NCBI GenBank assembly: GCA_964016885.1
Contig: OZ024751.1
Location: 8,432,001-8,496,000 of the forward strand
Length of the DNA stretch: 64,000 nucleotides
Source: Eledone cirrhosa
Lineage: Eukaryota
Direction: 5' to 3'
Numbering within the stretch: the first letter of the stretch is position 1; every line of letters begins with the position of its first letter. The notes beneath the pieces are model-generated. The model saw nothing but the letters and a program-made list of their open reading frames with translations. It did not search any database and had not been told where the DNA came from. The position numbers and the translations under genes are program-made. Shown piece by piece: positions 43,940 through 55,443 of this stretch.

Positions 43940-45440
43940 TTGCAGACTTGACTGATTGACCCCACAACAACTACGTAGCGGTTCTTGCACGTGACTACTG
44001 GACCCGGATGAAACGAAGACGAAGAATTTCCTTCCGTACCGTTTTGTACCACAGATGCGATATCACCCTGCTTCGTTGATGTCCTATCGACATCAAAGTT
44101 CAACGTTTGGGCGAATAGATTTGAATCCAACCACCAACAACATAGCTGGATGACCGATAATCACACCAAACCGGAGTAATGTGATCCTTGTGACTTCCAA
44201 ATATACAACCAATGACACTGTCACGAAGACCAGAAAACCATACTCCATATATTGAACCAATTGATTGATTTGTGCGAACAAAATAACACCAAACACATAT
44301 TGAACTAGGAATATTGGATCCTCGGTCAATGTCCGGGTGAGCAAAAATTGACTTCTATCTGCATTGGAATTTACAAACTTGTGCATCTGCTGTGGTGTCA
44401 AAAACAAACGCACATGACCGCACAGATAAACAATGGACCATGCCACGTGGCTTGAACCCGTAAGTGAATTGAAGGTTCTGCAACTCTGATACACATATCG
44501 TTTATTATTTATTATTAAGATGTATAAACTGGACACAACTGTTATCATCCTATATTCTCTCAACGAATCACATTTGATCATATTTCTCTATCCTGTTTTC
44601 TCCCCCCATAATTATTATATTTTTATTATTTTTTATTATTGTATGAAAAAAATCGGGTTTTTATTTACATTGTTTTCCCCTCCAAATATTCGCTTATATT
44701 TCCTTATATATTCTCTATATATTTTTTATCTTTAGTATTATTTCCACTTTTATCCTCCTTTATATTTTACCTTATTCTTACCTTTATACCTTATTATAGT
44801 GTAATCTTCCCCATGCCTTATTATACACTATTAATTGTGGATTGGCAGTATCGGTAGAGGGTCGGACGCCATGCTTTCCAGCATAGTTACGTCCCTTTAT
44901 GATCTGAGTTCAAATTCCGCCGAGGTTGACTTTGCCTTTCATCCTTACGGGGTCGATAAAATAAAGTACCAGTAATGCACTGGGTAATTTGCTGGCCTTG
45001 TGCCTAAAGTAGAAACAATTAATTATAGATTATTATTATTACTCTTTTTCCATTTCTAATTACCTCATGTACCTTCTCCTCCGCTATATGTATATATGTA
45101 TTCTACGCCCTTTGTGTTTGTGTAACCTCTGCGCACCCTCTGCACCATACTACCCACGCCACCCCATCTATGGTTCAGCTAACCACCCGACCCCGGGGAA
45201 TGAATATGACCGCAGCTAGTAAACAAGGACCAACACCCCACCCTCCCGCACCAAAATTAGACTTATCGTCCCCTACTTTTGCTCTTTACTCTCTCTACCC
45301 TTTGTTCTTGGGTTTTTGGTTGGTAGAGTCCATAACACCAATCAAACCCCTTTTATAGCTCTGATGAATCCTACGGTTACACGTAAGGAAGATACATTGT
45401 TAGCCAATAAAACTCTTTTGATGTTGTAGACGCTCTTGTG
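43940..45440 (+). mobile_element. Highly decayed CRE-like LINE 3' part, with SINE insertion and decayed hammerhead
   Basis: Fragments QRLG, IQPMTLSRRPE (EP..RPD-like), CAN..IGSSVNVRVSK..SALE; terminal GCT-CTGATGA...GATA-CATTGTT-AGC at 45358-45404. Confidence 0.4.
44837..45021 (+). mobile_element. tRNA-derived SINE (Nin-domain type)
   Basis: Best-preserved copy; GAGTTCAAATTCC B box; GCCTTTCATCCTTACGGGGTCGATAAAATAAAGTACCAG. Confidence 0.88.
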
Positions 45441-45457
45441 TTCTTTTTCATATATAC

Positions 45458-45558
<101 letters not shown>

Positions 45559-45660
45559 TATAAATTGTATTATATATATGTATATTTATATATATACACA
45601 TATATAGAATATATTAATAAATGGAAACTATATTTATAAAACCATATTTATTTTATTATT

Positions 45661-45972
45661 ACAAGATGGCGTAGGACAGAACGAAGGAGAGGCACGAAAA
45701 CAAAGAAAGTTATTCCTAGTCACTGAAGAGTTCACAGAATGTGTGACGAAAGCACTTTGACAATATATGAACAATCGTCTGGTTGTGGAACCAACCAACC
45801 AACCGGAAATTTATAAATTCCTAAATATATAATTTAATTTATAATAAATTGAAGTGAAAGCAACTGGTGCGTGTGTTTATTATTGGCAACATGACCCTCC
45901 CAAAGCATAAAAATATCGGTTTCAACACACCTTTTCAGATAAAGAATATTGCTAAACAAATTGAGAAACGAA
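45661..45972 (+). mobile_element. Solo PLE pseudo-LTR tail related to 51298-51654
   Basis: Shares ATGGCGTAG, a hammerhead, ACCAACCAA and ATGACCCTCCC.AA..TATC.GTTTC.ACAC with the PLE tail, in the same order. Confidence 0.65.
45719..45761 (+). ncRNA. Minimal hammerhead ribozyme
   Basis: GTCA-CTGAAGA-GTTCAC agaatgt GTGAC-GAAA-GCAC-TT-TGAC. Confidence 0.75.
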
Positions 45973-45989
45973 ATATATATATATATATA

Positions 45990-46213
45990 TTATGACCCCG
46001 ACGGCAGAGCTCAAGCCGTTGCGACGGCTATTTCTGGACAAAATTAGAATTTTTAGACTAAAAATTTTACTTTAGTCCAGAAATAGCCGTCGAAACGGCT
46101 TGAACCCTGCCGTGGAGGTCATATATTTTCCTATTACCCACTCTACTACCCTAAGTATTGAGTACTCTGGTGCGTTATGGTCCATATGGTTCCTTTCCAC
46201 AACTCCTTCGTTA
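45990..46213. mobile_element. Hairpin (MITE-like) element
   Basis: ATGACCCCGACGGCAGAGCTCAAGCCG...CGGCTTGAACCCTGCCGTGGAGGTCAT plus the tail ending CCTTCGTT(ATAT). Confidence 0.85.
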
Positions 46214-46267
46214 TATATATATATATATATATATAACGATATATATATATATATACATTTATTTAAA

Positions 46268-47400
46268 GAGATATATGTATGTAATTAGACAAAGTCACAT
46301 ATACATATATGAGTTTGGGTACCTTTCACAGTGTGGCTCAATGAAGAATTAATTAAGCAAATAATCATTAATCAGAGCTTTATATAAAATTGCAACCACA
46401 TCAATAATCATTTAAACGAGGCTATAAGTTTGAAATGTAACGATGAAGAAATAATAGGCAAATGATACAGACTATCTTCCGCGAGGGACAGCCAGATAAA
46501 ACGTACCTATGTATTTCTTTTAGACCGTGCATATTGACTAGGCAAATAATCAACTACACAGAGTTAGGTATAAAATAGAAGTTTTGAAGAAAAAATGCAT
46601 ATAAACTTTACCAAAATTCTCCTAGTCTCGACTCCAGCAGTTTCGTTCCTTTTCTGTGGATATACCCGTTCTTGGATTTATCCACGAGGATTGGAACTCA
46701 TCCAGAGACGCCTCGAGTCTGGACTAATGTTTCTACCATGATCCCACCAAAAATGAATTCAAAAATGGATAAGAAATATCACGTGACTAGCGGTCAAGGC
46801 AGAGATTTGTGATTGGTTACCTGTCGGCGAGTAGGCTTGTTGCTAGAAAGCGTAGCCTGATACTGCCTAAATCTTTACTCAACCTTACGGGTGTATATAT
46901 TGAATTTAAAGGGATATATGTATATAATTAGACATAGTCACAGATACATATATGAGTTTGGCTACCTTTCACGGTGTGGCTCAATGAAAAAGTAATTAAG
47001 CAAATAATCATTAATCAGATAAAATTGCAAGTTGAAGAATTATTAGATAAAATATATACAGTATTTCCTCTGCCTAGTCCGTATAAATCAACCACATAAA
47101 TAATCATTTAAACGAGGCTATAACTTTAAAATGTAACTATGAAGAAATAATAGACAGATGATACAGACTATCTTCCGCGAGGGTCAGCCAGATAAAATGT
47201 ACCTAGTTATTTATTTTAGCCCGTAGATATTGACTAGGCAAATAATCAACTACACGGAGTTAGGGATAAAATAGAAGTTTGAAGAAAAAATGCATATAAA
47301 CTTTACCAAAATTCCTCTAGTCTCGACTACCGGTAGTTTCCTTCCTCGCGGAAGATAGTCTGTATCATTTATCTATTATTTCTTCATAGCTACATTCTAA
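46268..47400 (-). mobile_element. Tandem hammerhead-bearing non-coding unit (period ~695 bp) ending in an inversion
   Basis: 46268-46645 repeats at about 46912-47340; 47344-47400 is an inverted piece; hammerhead at 46625-46709, second one truncated at 47320-47340. Confidence 0.7.
46625..46709 (-). ncRNA. Hammerhead ribozyme, variant core, long stem II
   Basis: Minus strand: GUCUC-UGGAUGA-GUUCC..GUGGAUA..UAUCCAC..GGAAC-GAAA-CUgcuggAG-UC-GAGAC. Confidence 0.6.
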
Positions 47401-47939
47401 ACAGCACTGCAGACACTAATATTTCTGGGCATCACACTTCATCGGTCTGTCAGAACTAGTGAAAATATATGCTAATTTCAAAAATATACAGTGACTATTC
47501 GGCCTGATTTGCATATTAGGGTGATACCCAGAAACATTAGTGTCTGCAGTTCAGTTTAAATGCCAACATGCAAGAATGAAGGGTTCATTCTACTGACATG
47601 GCTGTAAAAGTGAGGCTTGTTTCCATAATTGCAAACGAATCGAATGTTATTATTAATATTCGAAAAACTCAGATTACATTTTTTGTATTCAGCCATGTAG
47701 AGCGAAATTTTTTTTTATTGTTTGAATGTGGCAAAGCCGGCCATTTATCACTCGTATACAGGAAACTGACAGGCCAGTCTGCTGATATGCAAATCTGGCT
47801 GATTAGTGAATCTGCTAAAGTGCAGATCTGACTGATCAGACAGTCTGCTAATATGCAAATCAGCCCGATCAGTCACTGTATATTTTTGAAAATAGCATAT
47901 ATTTTCACTAGCTCTGACAGTTGGCAGGTGAACAGTGAG

Positions 47940-48580
47940 CAAAGAACGCCTACATACTCATACAATGTTTATTTGCTGACAATGTTTCATCCATACCATT
48001 GGGCAGGGTTCATCAGAGCTTTATAAACAAAAATACAGTGCTGAGTATAAGCTCTATCGATGCTTATTCACATGAACATTATAAATAAATTAGAGGGCAA
48101 AAAGAGGGAGATCGGGAATGGCGAGTATGGAGAGAGTGCATAGTGGGGTTGTTATTCAGCAAAAAAGCTAACTGCAATGGTATAGGCAGATATTTTCACA
48201 TGCAGAAGCACGTGAGGGCACATAAAAGCAAAAGGTATAAACAATAGTTAAAACATAATAATAAAAAAAAAGTGCATTTAGGTGTTTTGCTGAATAACAA
48301 CCCCACTATGCACTCTCTCCATACTCGCCATTCCCGATCTCCCTCTTGTTGCCCTCTAATATATTTCTAACGTTCATGTGACTAAGCTCGGTAGAGCTTA
48401 TATTCAGCAATGTATTTTTGTTTATAAAGCCGTGATGATTCCTGCCCAATGGTATGGATGAAACATTGTCAGCAAATAAAAATTGTATGAGTATGTAGGC
48501 GTTATTTGATTTATTTTACATATAACGGCACTGTTCTCGTACATTGAGCTTATACAATACTGTCACAAATACGACACGCA
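47940..48580. mobile_element. Fold-back of two CRE-family 3' UTRs
   Basis: 47940-48163 is inverted with 48286-48508; the right arm continues ~70 bp further; homologous to 18100-18420. Confidence 0.8.
47975..48019 (-). ncRNA. Minimal hammerhead ribozyme (CRE-associated family), canonical GUC site
   Basis: Minus strand: GCU-CUGAUGA-accc..ggau-GAAA-CAUUG-UC-AGC; the partner at 48429-48473 (+) has C3G. Confidence 0.75.
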
Positions 48581-48612
48581 TATGGTCCGTTGTCGACGTA
48601 AATAAATATATA

Positions 48613-48703
<91 letters not shown>

Positions 48704-48715
48704 ATATATATATAC

Positions 48716-48789
<74 letters not shown>

Positions 48790-49664
48790 ATATTTGGGGA
48801 GGGTCATATTTGCGTAATATTGCCAGAATTAATAACAGAACACACTCACTGTTTGGTTGGTTTTCGCTTCTCGATGTCTTTTATATCTGCGATCTAACTT
48901 ATTCGGTCCTCAATGTTGCCATTGACTGACCGGCGGTCAAAGATAATACAGATACAATATAGACACAAACACATATATATAGTTTACATAATTTACATAA
49001 ATCTTTCGTTGCACATCTGCAACATCGTCAGTGGTGTTATATTCATTGTTCCTCCTGTTGTGTTGTATGTCTACGCCATTTTTTTTGTTCAGTCTGTCTA
49101 TATGTTTATTTATTTATTTGCTTGTTTGTTTATCTTATTTTATTTTGTCTTCTTTGCGCATGCGTTTGCGTGTGTGTATAGTGTTATGTGTGGTGTGTGA
49201 CTAGTGTGTATAGTGTTGTGTCTGCTGGGTGACTAGTGTGTGTTTATGTGCTTGTTGTTATTGTGCTTGTGTATGTATTTATTTATCTTATTTTATTTTA
49301 TTTACTTATTTATACTTCTCTTAGGTCAGTGTTGTTTGTTTGGGTGTTGTTGTTGTTCCACTCATTCTTTCTGTTTAGCTTTGGTCTTCTAATTTCTATT
49401 TCACTGGCCTCTCTGATTTGCCTATCTGCTGGGTCATTCGTATGTTTAGATATTATTCCAATTTCTATCTTGTCTATGTTACCGTCATGTTGTTGTCTAG
49501 CATGTTCGTATAGTACTGACCCGTTTTTTCGTCCTTTTAGTTCCCCCCAGTGTTGGTCTATCCTTTCACCTATGCTACGAGCTGTCTCACCTATGTATGT
49601 TGTTGTCATGTTTCTGCAAGTACCCGCTGTACATCTTATGCTATAGACTACGTTTCTAGTTTTA

Positions 49665-51061
49665 CAGCTATACGGACCCCCCAAAACACTGATCAGGTAA
49701 GAAAAATGGTCGCACATGCAATAGGGGCTAGTATCAAAACCACCCTAAAGGGCCACATATTTAAGTTCAATGAGAAAATCTACACCCAAAATGAGGGAGC
49801 AGCCATCGGCGTCAGCATAGCTGGTGATGTTGCGAATCTTTTCATGGTATGGTGGGAAAGGAGACTTAAAGATCTCCTTAATGAAAGCTCCATAGACCTC
49901 ATCATGTACTGTCGTTATGTAGACGACATCAATATAGTTATAAGAACACCCCCACTAGAGAGCACTAACAAGTTTGATTTAGAACCTAGCACGATGGAAA
50001 GCATCCAGCAGATAGCTAATTCCATACACCAGAGTATAACTGTAACTATAGACTTCCCTTCGAAACACCCTAACAATAGACTACCTGTATTAGACACAGA
50101 ACTCTGGATTAACACTATAGACGAGAGAGCCCAAATTCTCCACTCACACTATGCTAAACCCATGGCCTCCAAATACCTGATACTCAAAAACTCAGCAATG
50201 TCCAGTAGTGCTAAGTTTAATATTCTGATCGCAGATTTGGTACGAGTGATGAAGAATGTGTCCAGCATGTGCGACCCAACAGAAATGGAAGGACACATCC
50301 AACACTTCATCAACCGCATGCAGTTCTCTGGCTACAACCAAAGAGACAGAGTCAGAGTATACGAAGGAGCCATGGAAAAGTATAAGACCCTCATAGAACT
50401 GGACATGAAAGCAATTTGCCCACTATACAGGAGCAAATCATGGAATAGCTTAGATAGGGCTAGACATAAGATAGGGAAGGCCACATCATGGTACGACAAC
50501 CAGAGATATCAGAGTGTCATGTTTGTGGACGCCACCCCTGGAGGGAAATTAGCTAACCAGTGTAGAAAGGCCCTGAGAAAGACCCACTTAAAAATAAAGG
50601 TGGTAGAAAAGCCAGGAACCACCATAAAATCCCTGATCAGCAAAACCTACCCTTTTAAGAAAACCCACTGTACCAATAGGAAATGTATCATATGTAAGGT
50701 GAACCCCCGGATAAACTGTAAAACTAGAAACGTAGTCTATAGCATAAGATGTACAGAGGGTACTTGCAGAAACATGACAACAACATACATAGGTGAGACA
50801 GCTCGTAGCATAGGTGAAAGGATAGACCAACACTGGGGGGAACTAAAAGGACGAAAAAACGGGTCAGTACTATACGAACATGCTAGACAACAACATGACG
50901 GTAACATAGACAACATAGAAATTGGAATAATATCTAAACATAGGAATGACCCAGCAGATAGGCAAATCAGAGAGGCCAGTGAAATAGAAATTAGAAGACC
51001 AAAGCTAAACAGAAAGAATGAGTGGAACAACAACACACCCAAACAAACAACACTGACCTAA
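49665..51061 (+). CDS. PLE RT (partial) + linker zinc finger + GIY-YIG endonuclease, uninterrupted frame
   Basis: QNEGAAIG, RYVDDI, LPVLDTELW, HYAKPM, C-x4-C-x2-C-x7-C, NVVYSIRC..YIGET, RQIREA..I..PKLN. Confidence 0.9.
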
Positions 51062-51344
51062 GAGAAGTATAAATAAGTAAATAAAATAAAATAAGATAAA
51101 TAAATACATACACAAGCACAATAACAACAAGCACATAAACACACACTAGTCACCCAGCAGACACAACACTATACACACTAGTCACACATCGCACATAACA
51201 CTATACACACACGCAAACGCATGCGCAAAGAAGACAAAATAAAATAAGATTGACAAACAAGCAAATAAATAAATAAATATATAGACAGACTGAACAAAAA
51301 AATGGCGTAGACATACAACACAACAGGAGGAACAATAAATATAA

Positions 51345-51386
51345 CACCACTGACGATGTTGCAGATGTGCAACGAAAGATTTATGT
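51345..51386 (+). ncRNA. pLTR hammerhead (mirror copy at 48995-49036, minus)
   Basis: CA-CTGACGA-T-GTTGCA gatg TGCAAC-GAAA-GATT-TA-TG; weak stem I. Confidence 0.65.
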
Positions 51387-51667
51387 AAATTATGTAAACT
51401 ATATATATGTGTTTGTGTCTATATTGTATCTGTATTATCTTTGACCGCCGGTCAGTCAATGGCAACATTGAGGATCGAATAAGTTAGATCGCAGATATAA
51501 AAGACAGCGAGAAGCGAAAACCAACCAAACAGTGAGTGTGTTCTGTTATTAATTCTGGCAATATTACGCAAATATGACCCTCCCCAAATATAACAATATC
51601 TGTTTCGACACACGATTTCATATAAAAAACCTCGCAAAACTAATTCATCGCCGCTATATATATATAC

Positions 51668-51721
<54 letters not shown>

Positions 51722-51840
51722 TTATATTTCATTTCTCATTCTTAGTACGGCTGTTACTTAAATATAAGTATGTATACGTACATACATATATCTATACAGA
51801 CGTACAATATTATGTATATATATATATGTATATATATATA

Positions 51841-53969
51841 AAATACGTAGTTAAGAAAGCCACAACAATGCAGAGGGAAATCTCGAGGTAGGAAGTGAAT
51901 GATAGATAGGAGAAACAGGTGAAAGTGAAAATTGAGAGAGACAAAGATGAAAACAAAACAAAGGTAGAAGGGTTACCGTAGTGGAGATTTAATCCCAATA
52001 TTTCGGGCTCACGCCCATCAACGGGGGAAAGTTCCAAAAGGGGGGGGGAACAGGCCAAGCGGAGAAAGTTGTGATGTCGTTAAGACAGGAATGCCGTTAT
52101 GGGGAGAAAATTATTTAAAATTTAAACGAGGGAAAGAATGCGCGTGCGCGTGATAGGCTGTGGCAAAAGCTACTGACCAAATGGGTTAAGTCAAGAGGGT
52201 GCGCTAGCGTGTGAAAGCCGTAAAATATGTGTGTGTAAATATATATGTGTGTGTAACTGTGTGTGTATAAGTGTAAGTGTGTATATGTGTGAGTGTGTGT
52301 GTGTGTGAAAGATAGTGGGCTGTAGAAGCTGGAAATCAAAGGGTGTGAAAGGTGGTATCAACATCTCGGAAGAAGGAGACATAAACACCACCTTCTACCG
52401 CAAAGCAGCGTGCAAGGACTTATTTGTGCATTATAACTCAGCCCTCCCCAACAATGCTAAGAGAGGCTATGTCCTAAATGAACTGACACGGATCACTAAC
52501 AGATGCAGCGACCCGATGGGTGGTCTCACCCATACCACGCAATTCCGTAATCTACTCAGATCTAATGGTTATCCCAAGCGACTGATTAACGGAATTAGAG
52601 ACCCCAGACCCAATAGACAGACACCCACTAGAAACTTAAATAAAAGCAGGTGCTTCTTTAAAATCCCCCACCTGAGTGAATATACCACGAACGCCATCCG
52701 CAGGGCCATACGGACGGAGGGACTTGACATACATTTGGCCCACACAGGACCTTCGCTGCGAAGATGCCTCTCCAACAAACCCGACGAATCAGATGGGACG
52801 TGTTCCCTCAGCAACTGCCCGATACGGGGGGGCAGATTGCCTACGCACCTATGTCGTATATAAGATTCAATGCGATAAATGTAACAAGTTTTACATAGGT
52901 AGCACCAACCGACCCCTACATGTTCGTATCAAGGAACATATCAACACCAACGCATCTTCCTTCCGTAAACACATCCTTAAATGCGGAAACCCACAGGGTA
53001 GACCCTTGGTCACAGTCCTAGCGACTGAACGCAGCATCGGATCCTTAAGGATAAAGGAAGCACTTGTTATTAAGAACCTCAGACCCCCACTTAACAACCG
53101 GGCTGAGGGAAATGAGCTGACATGGCTAACTTAACCATAGTGACCATTCACAGCCTACGGCCTGCTATCTTCACACACACGCACGTATATACATACCCAT
53201 ACGCATACACACACACATCTATATTTATACACGCACACATGTTTTTATAACCTACCACCTTTCACACCCTTTGATTTCCAGCTTCTACAGCCCACTATCT
53301 TTCACACACACACGCACTCACACATATACACACACAGTTACACACACATGTATACCCATATGCTTACACACACATATCTATATTTATACACGCACACATG
53401 TTTTACAACCTACCACCTTTCACACCCTTTGATTTCCAGCTTCTACAGCCCACTATCTTTCACACACACACACACTCACACATATACACACTTACACTTA
53501 TACACACACAGTTACACACACATATATATTTACACACACATATTTTACGGCTTTCACACGCTAGCGCACCCTCTTGACTTAACCCATTTGGTCAGTAGCT
53601 TTTGCCACAGCCTATCACGCGCACGCGCATTCTTTCCCTCGTTTAAATTTTAAATAATTTTCTCCCCATAACGGCATTCCTGTCTTAACGACATCACAAC
53701 TTTCTCCGCTTGGCCTGTTCCCCCCCCCCCCTTTTGGAACTTTCCCCCGTTGATGGGCGTGAGCCCGACATATTGGGATTAAATCTCCACTACGGTAACC
53801 CTTCTACCTTTGTTTTAATTTCATCTTTGTCTCTCTCAATTTTCACTTTCACCTGTTTCTCCTATCTATCATTCACTTCCTACCTCGAGATTTCCCTCTG
53901 CATTGTTGTGGCTTTCTTAACTACGTATTTTACACATTTCACAATGCTTCAAGCAAACTTTAACACCCT

Positions 53970-53972
<3 letters not shown>
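51841..53972 (+). mobile_element. 5'-truncated Penelope-like element with ~520-bp inverted arms
   Basis: 51841-52357 is inverted with 53411-53930; internal ~158-bp tandem duplication in the 3' UTR; TA-flanked. Confidence 0.92.
52358..53134 (+). pseudogene. PLE RT thumb + GIY-YIG endonuclease with one frameshift
   Basis: TTFYRK..HYNSALP, LRSNGYP, VVYKIQCDKCNKFYIGST, IKEALVI..PPLN; frameshift at the G-run near 52830. Confidence 0.88.
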
Positions 53973-54019
<47 letters not shown>

Positions 54020-54044
54020 CATGCACACATATATATATATACGT

Positions 54045-54428
54045 ATGGATTCACTGAAACATTTATTATACTGCCCGGTATGTTTGTAAACAAACATCCC
54101 TAATTAAGGCGTACAGTGTCTAGCAACCATCGTTGCTCATTTGTTAAACACTGACAAAGGAACGCTGTACTAGTTTCAAGCTTATTAGGTATTGTCAGCA
54201 ACGTATACCTTCCTGCCAGATGATTGAATGTCTGAAAGTATATACTTTCCTTATGCATATTAACGGGTGAGCAGCCTAATTTGCATATCGAGTGAGTTAA
54301 TCGGCCGGGCGCACCGAAAACTATAAACGGAAAAAATGAACGAAATTTCATTTCTCACACTTAGTACGGCTGTTACTTAAATATAAGTATGTATACGTAC
54401 TTACATATATGTATACAGACGTACAGTA

Positions 54429-54493
<65 letters not shown>

Positions 54494-54950
54494 CATGCTG
54501 ACACATATATATATATATATATATGTACCTATGGATTAACCGAACATTTATTATAATGCTCGGTGAGTTTGTAAACAAACATCCCGTACAGTGTCTAGCA
54601 ACCACCGTTGCTCATTTGTTCAACACTGACAAAGGAACGCTGTACTAGTTTCAAGCTTATTAGCTATCGTCAGCAACGGCAGGAAGGTATATGTTGCTGA
54701 CGATAGCTAATAAGCTTGAAACTAGTACAGCGTTCCTTTGTCAGTGTTGAACAAATGAGTAACGATGATTACTATACACTGTAAGGCTTAATTCGGGATG
54801 TTTGTTTACAAACACACCAAGCATTATAATAAATGTTCGGTGAATCCATACGTACATATATATATATGTGTGCATGTATGTATATATATATATATATACA
54901 TACTACTGTACGTCTGTATACATATATGATTGTACGTATACATACTTATA
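54045..54950. mobile_element. Hammerhead tandem (period ~475 bp, minus) plus terminal fold-back
   Basis: 54045-54202 repeats at 54525-54677; 54693-54950 is the inverted copy; a detached piece lies at 51725-51810. Confidence 0.8.
54693..54731 (+). ncRNA. Minimal hammerhead ribozyme (mirror at 54639-54677 minus; decayed copy at 54164-54202)
   Basis: GTTG-CTGACGA-T-AGCT aata AGCT-T-GAAA-CTAG-TA-CAGC; palindromic ACUAGU stem III. Confidence 0.82.
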
Positions 54951-54971
54951 TATACATATATATATATATAC

Positions 54972-55068
<97 letters not shown>

Positions 55069-55242
55069 AGTTTTGCGAGGTTTTTGATATGACCCTCCCC
55101 ATATATATATATATATATTATAAGTTGAGCCAACTTATGCAGCTTCATATGCAAATGCGATTAATCACCTCGTTTACACAGACCAGAACACTATATATTC
55201 TCGACTGTTTTCAAGTACAACAGTAGCAAGCGGTGGGAGGGA

Positions 55243-55284
55243 CCATCCTGACGAAGGCCAGTCAATCCTAAAATGCATAGACGG
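55243..55284 (+). ncRNA. Decayed hammerhead (G12A)
   Basis: CCATC-CTGACGA-AGG..CCT-AAAA-TGCA-TA-GACGG within a TA-flanked island at 55121-55395. Confidence 0.45.
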
Positions 55285-55410
55285 TTATCCCCCTTGCTTT
55301 TGCTTGACAACACCAGAGGTCGTTAGTTCCCCACCCTCGTGTTTCCATAGCTACGGCTTCCTAGAACCGTATTTCTTTAGAAATACGAAATCTCTATACA
55401 TATATATATA

Positions 55411-55440
<30 letters not shown>

Positions 55441-55443
<3 letters not shown>

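Larger units (their letters stand above)
48782..51654 (+). mobile_element. 5'-truncated Penelope-like element (Nematis-like, tentative) with ~885-bp inverted arms
   Basis: 48782-49667 is the near-identical reverse complement of 50716-51599; (TA)n on both sides. Confidence 0.93.

Noticed and set aside
47765-47875. ~33-bp repeats as a CRISPR array
   Set aside because: Eukaryotic context, degenerate tandem units without unique spacers, no cas genes
49550-49664. N-terminus of the 503-aa ORF and antisense ORFs 49236-49646 and 50737-51042
   Set aside because: Antisense reading of the inverted GIY-YIG arm
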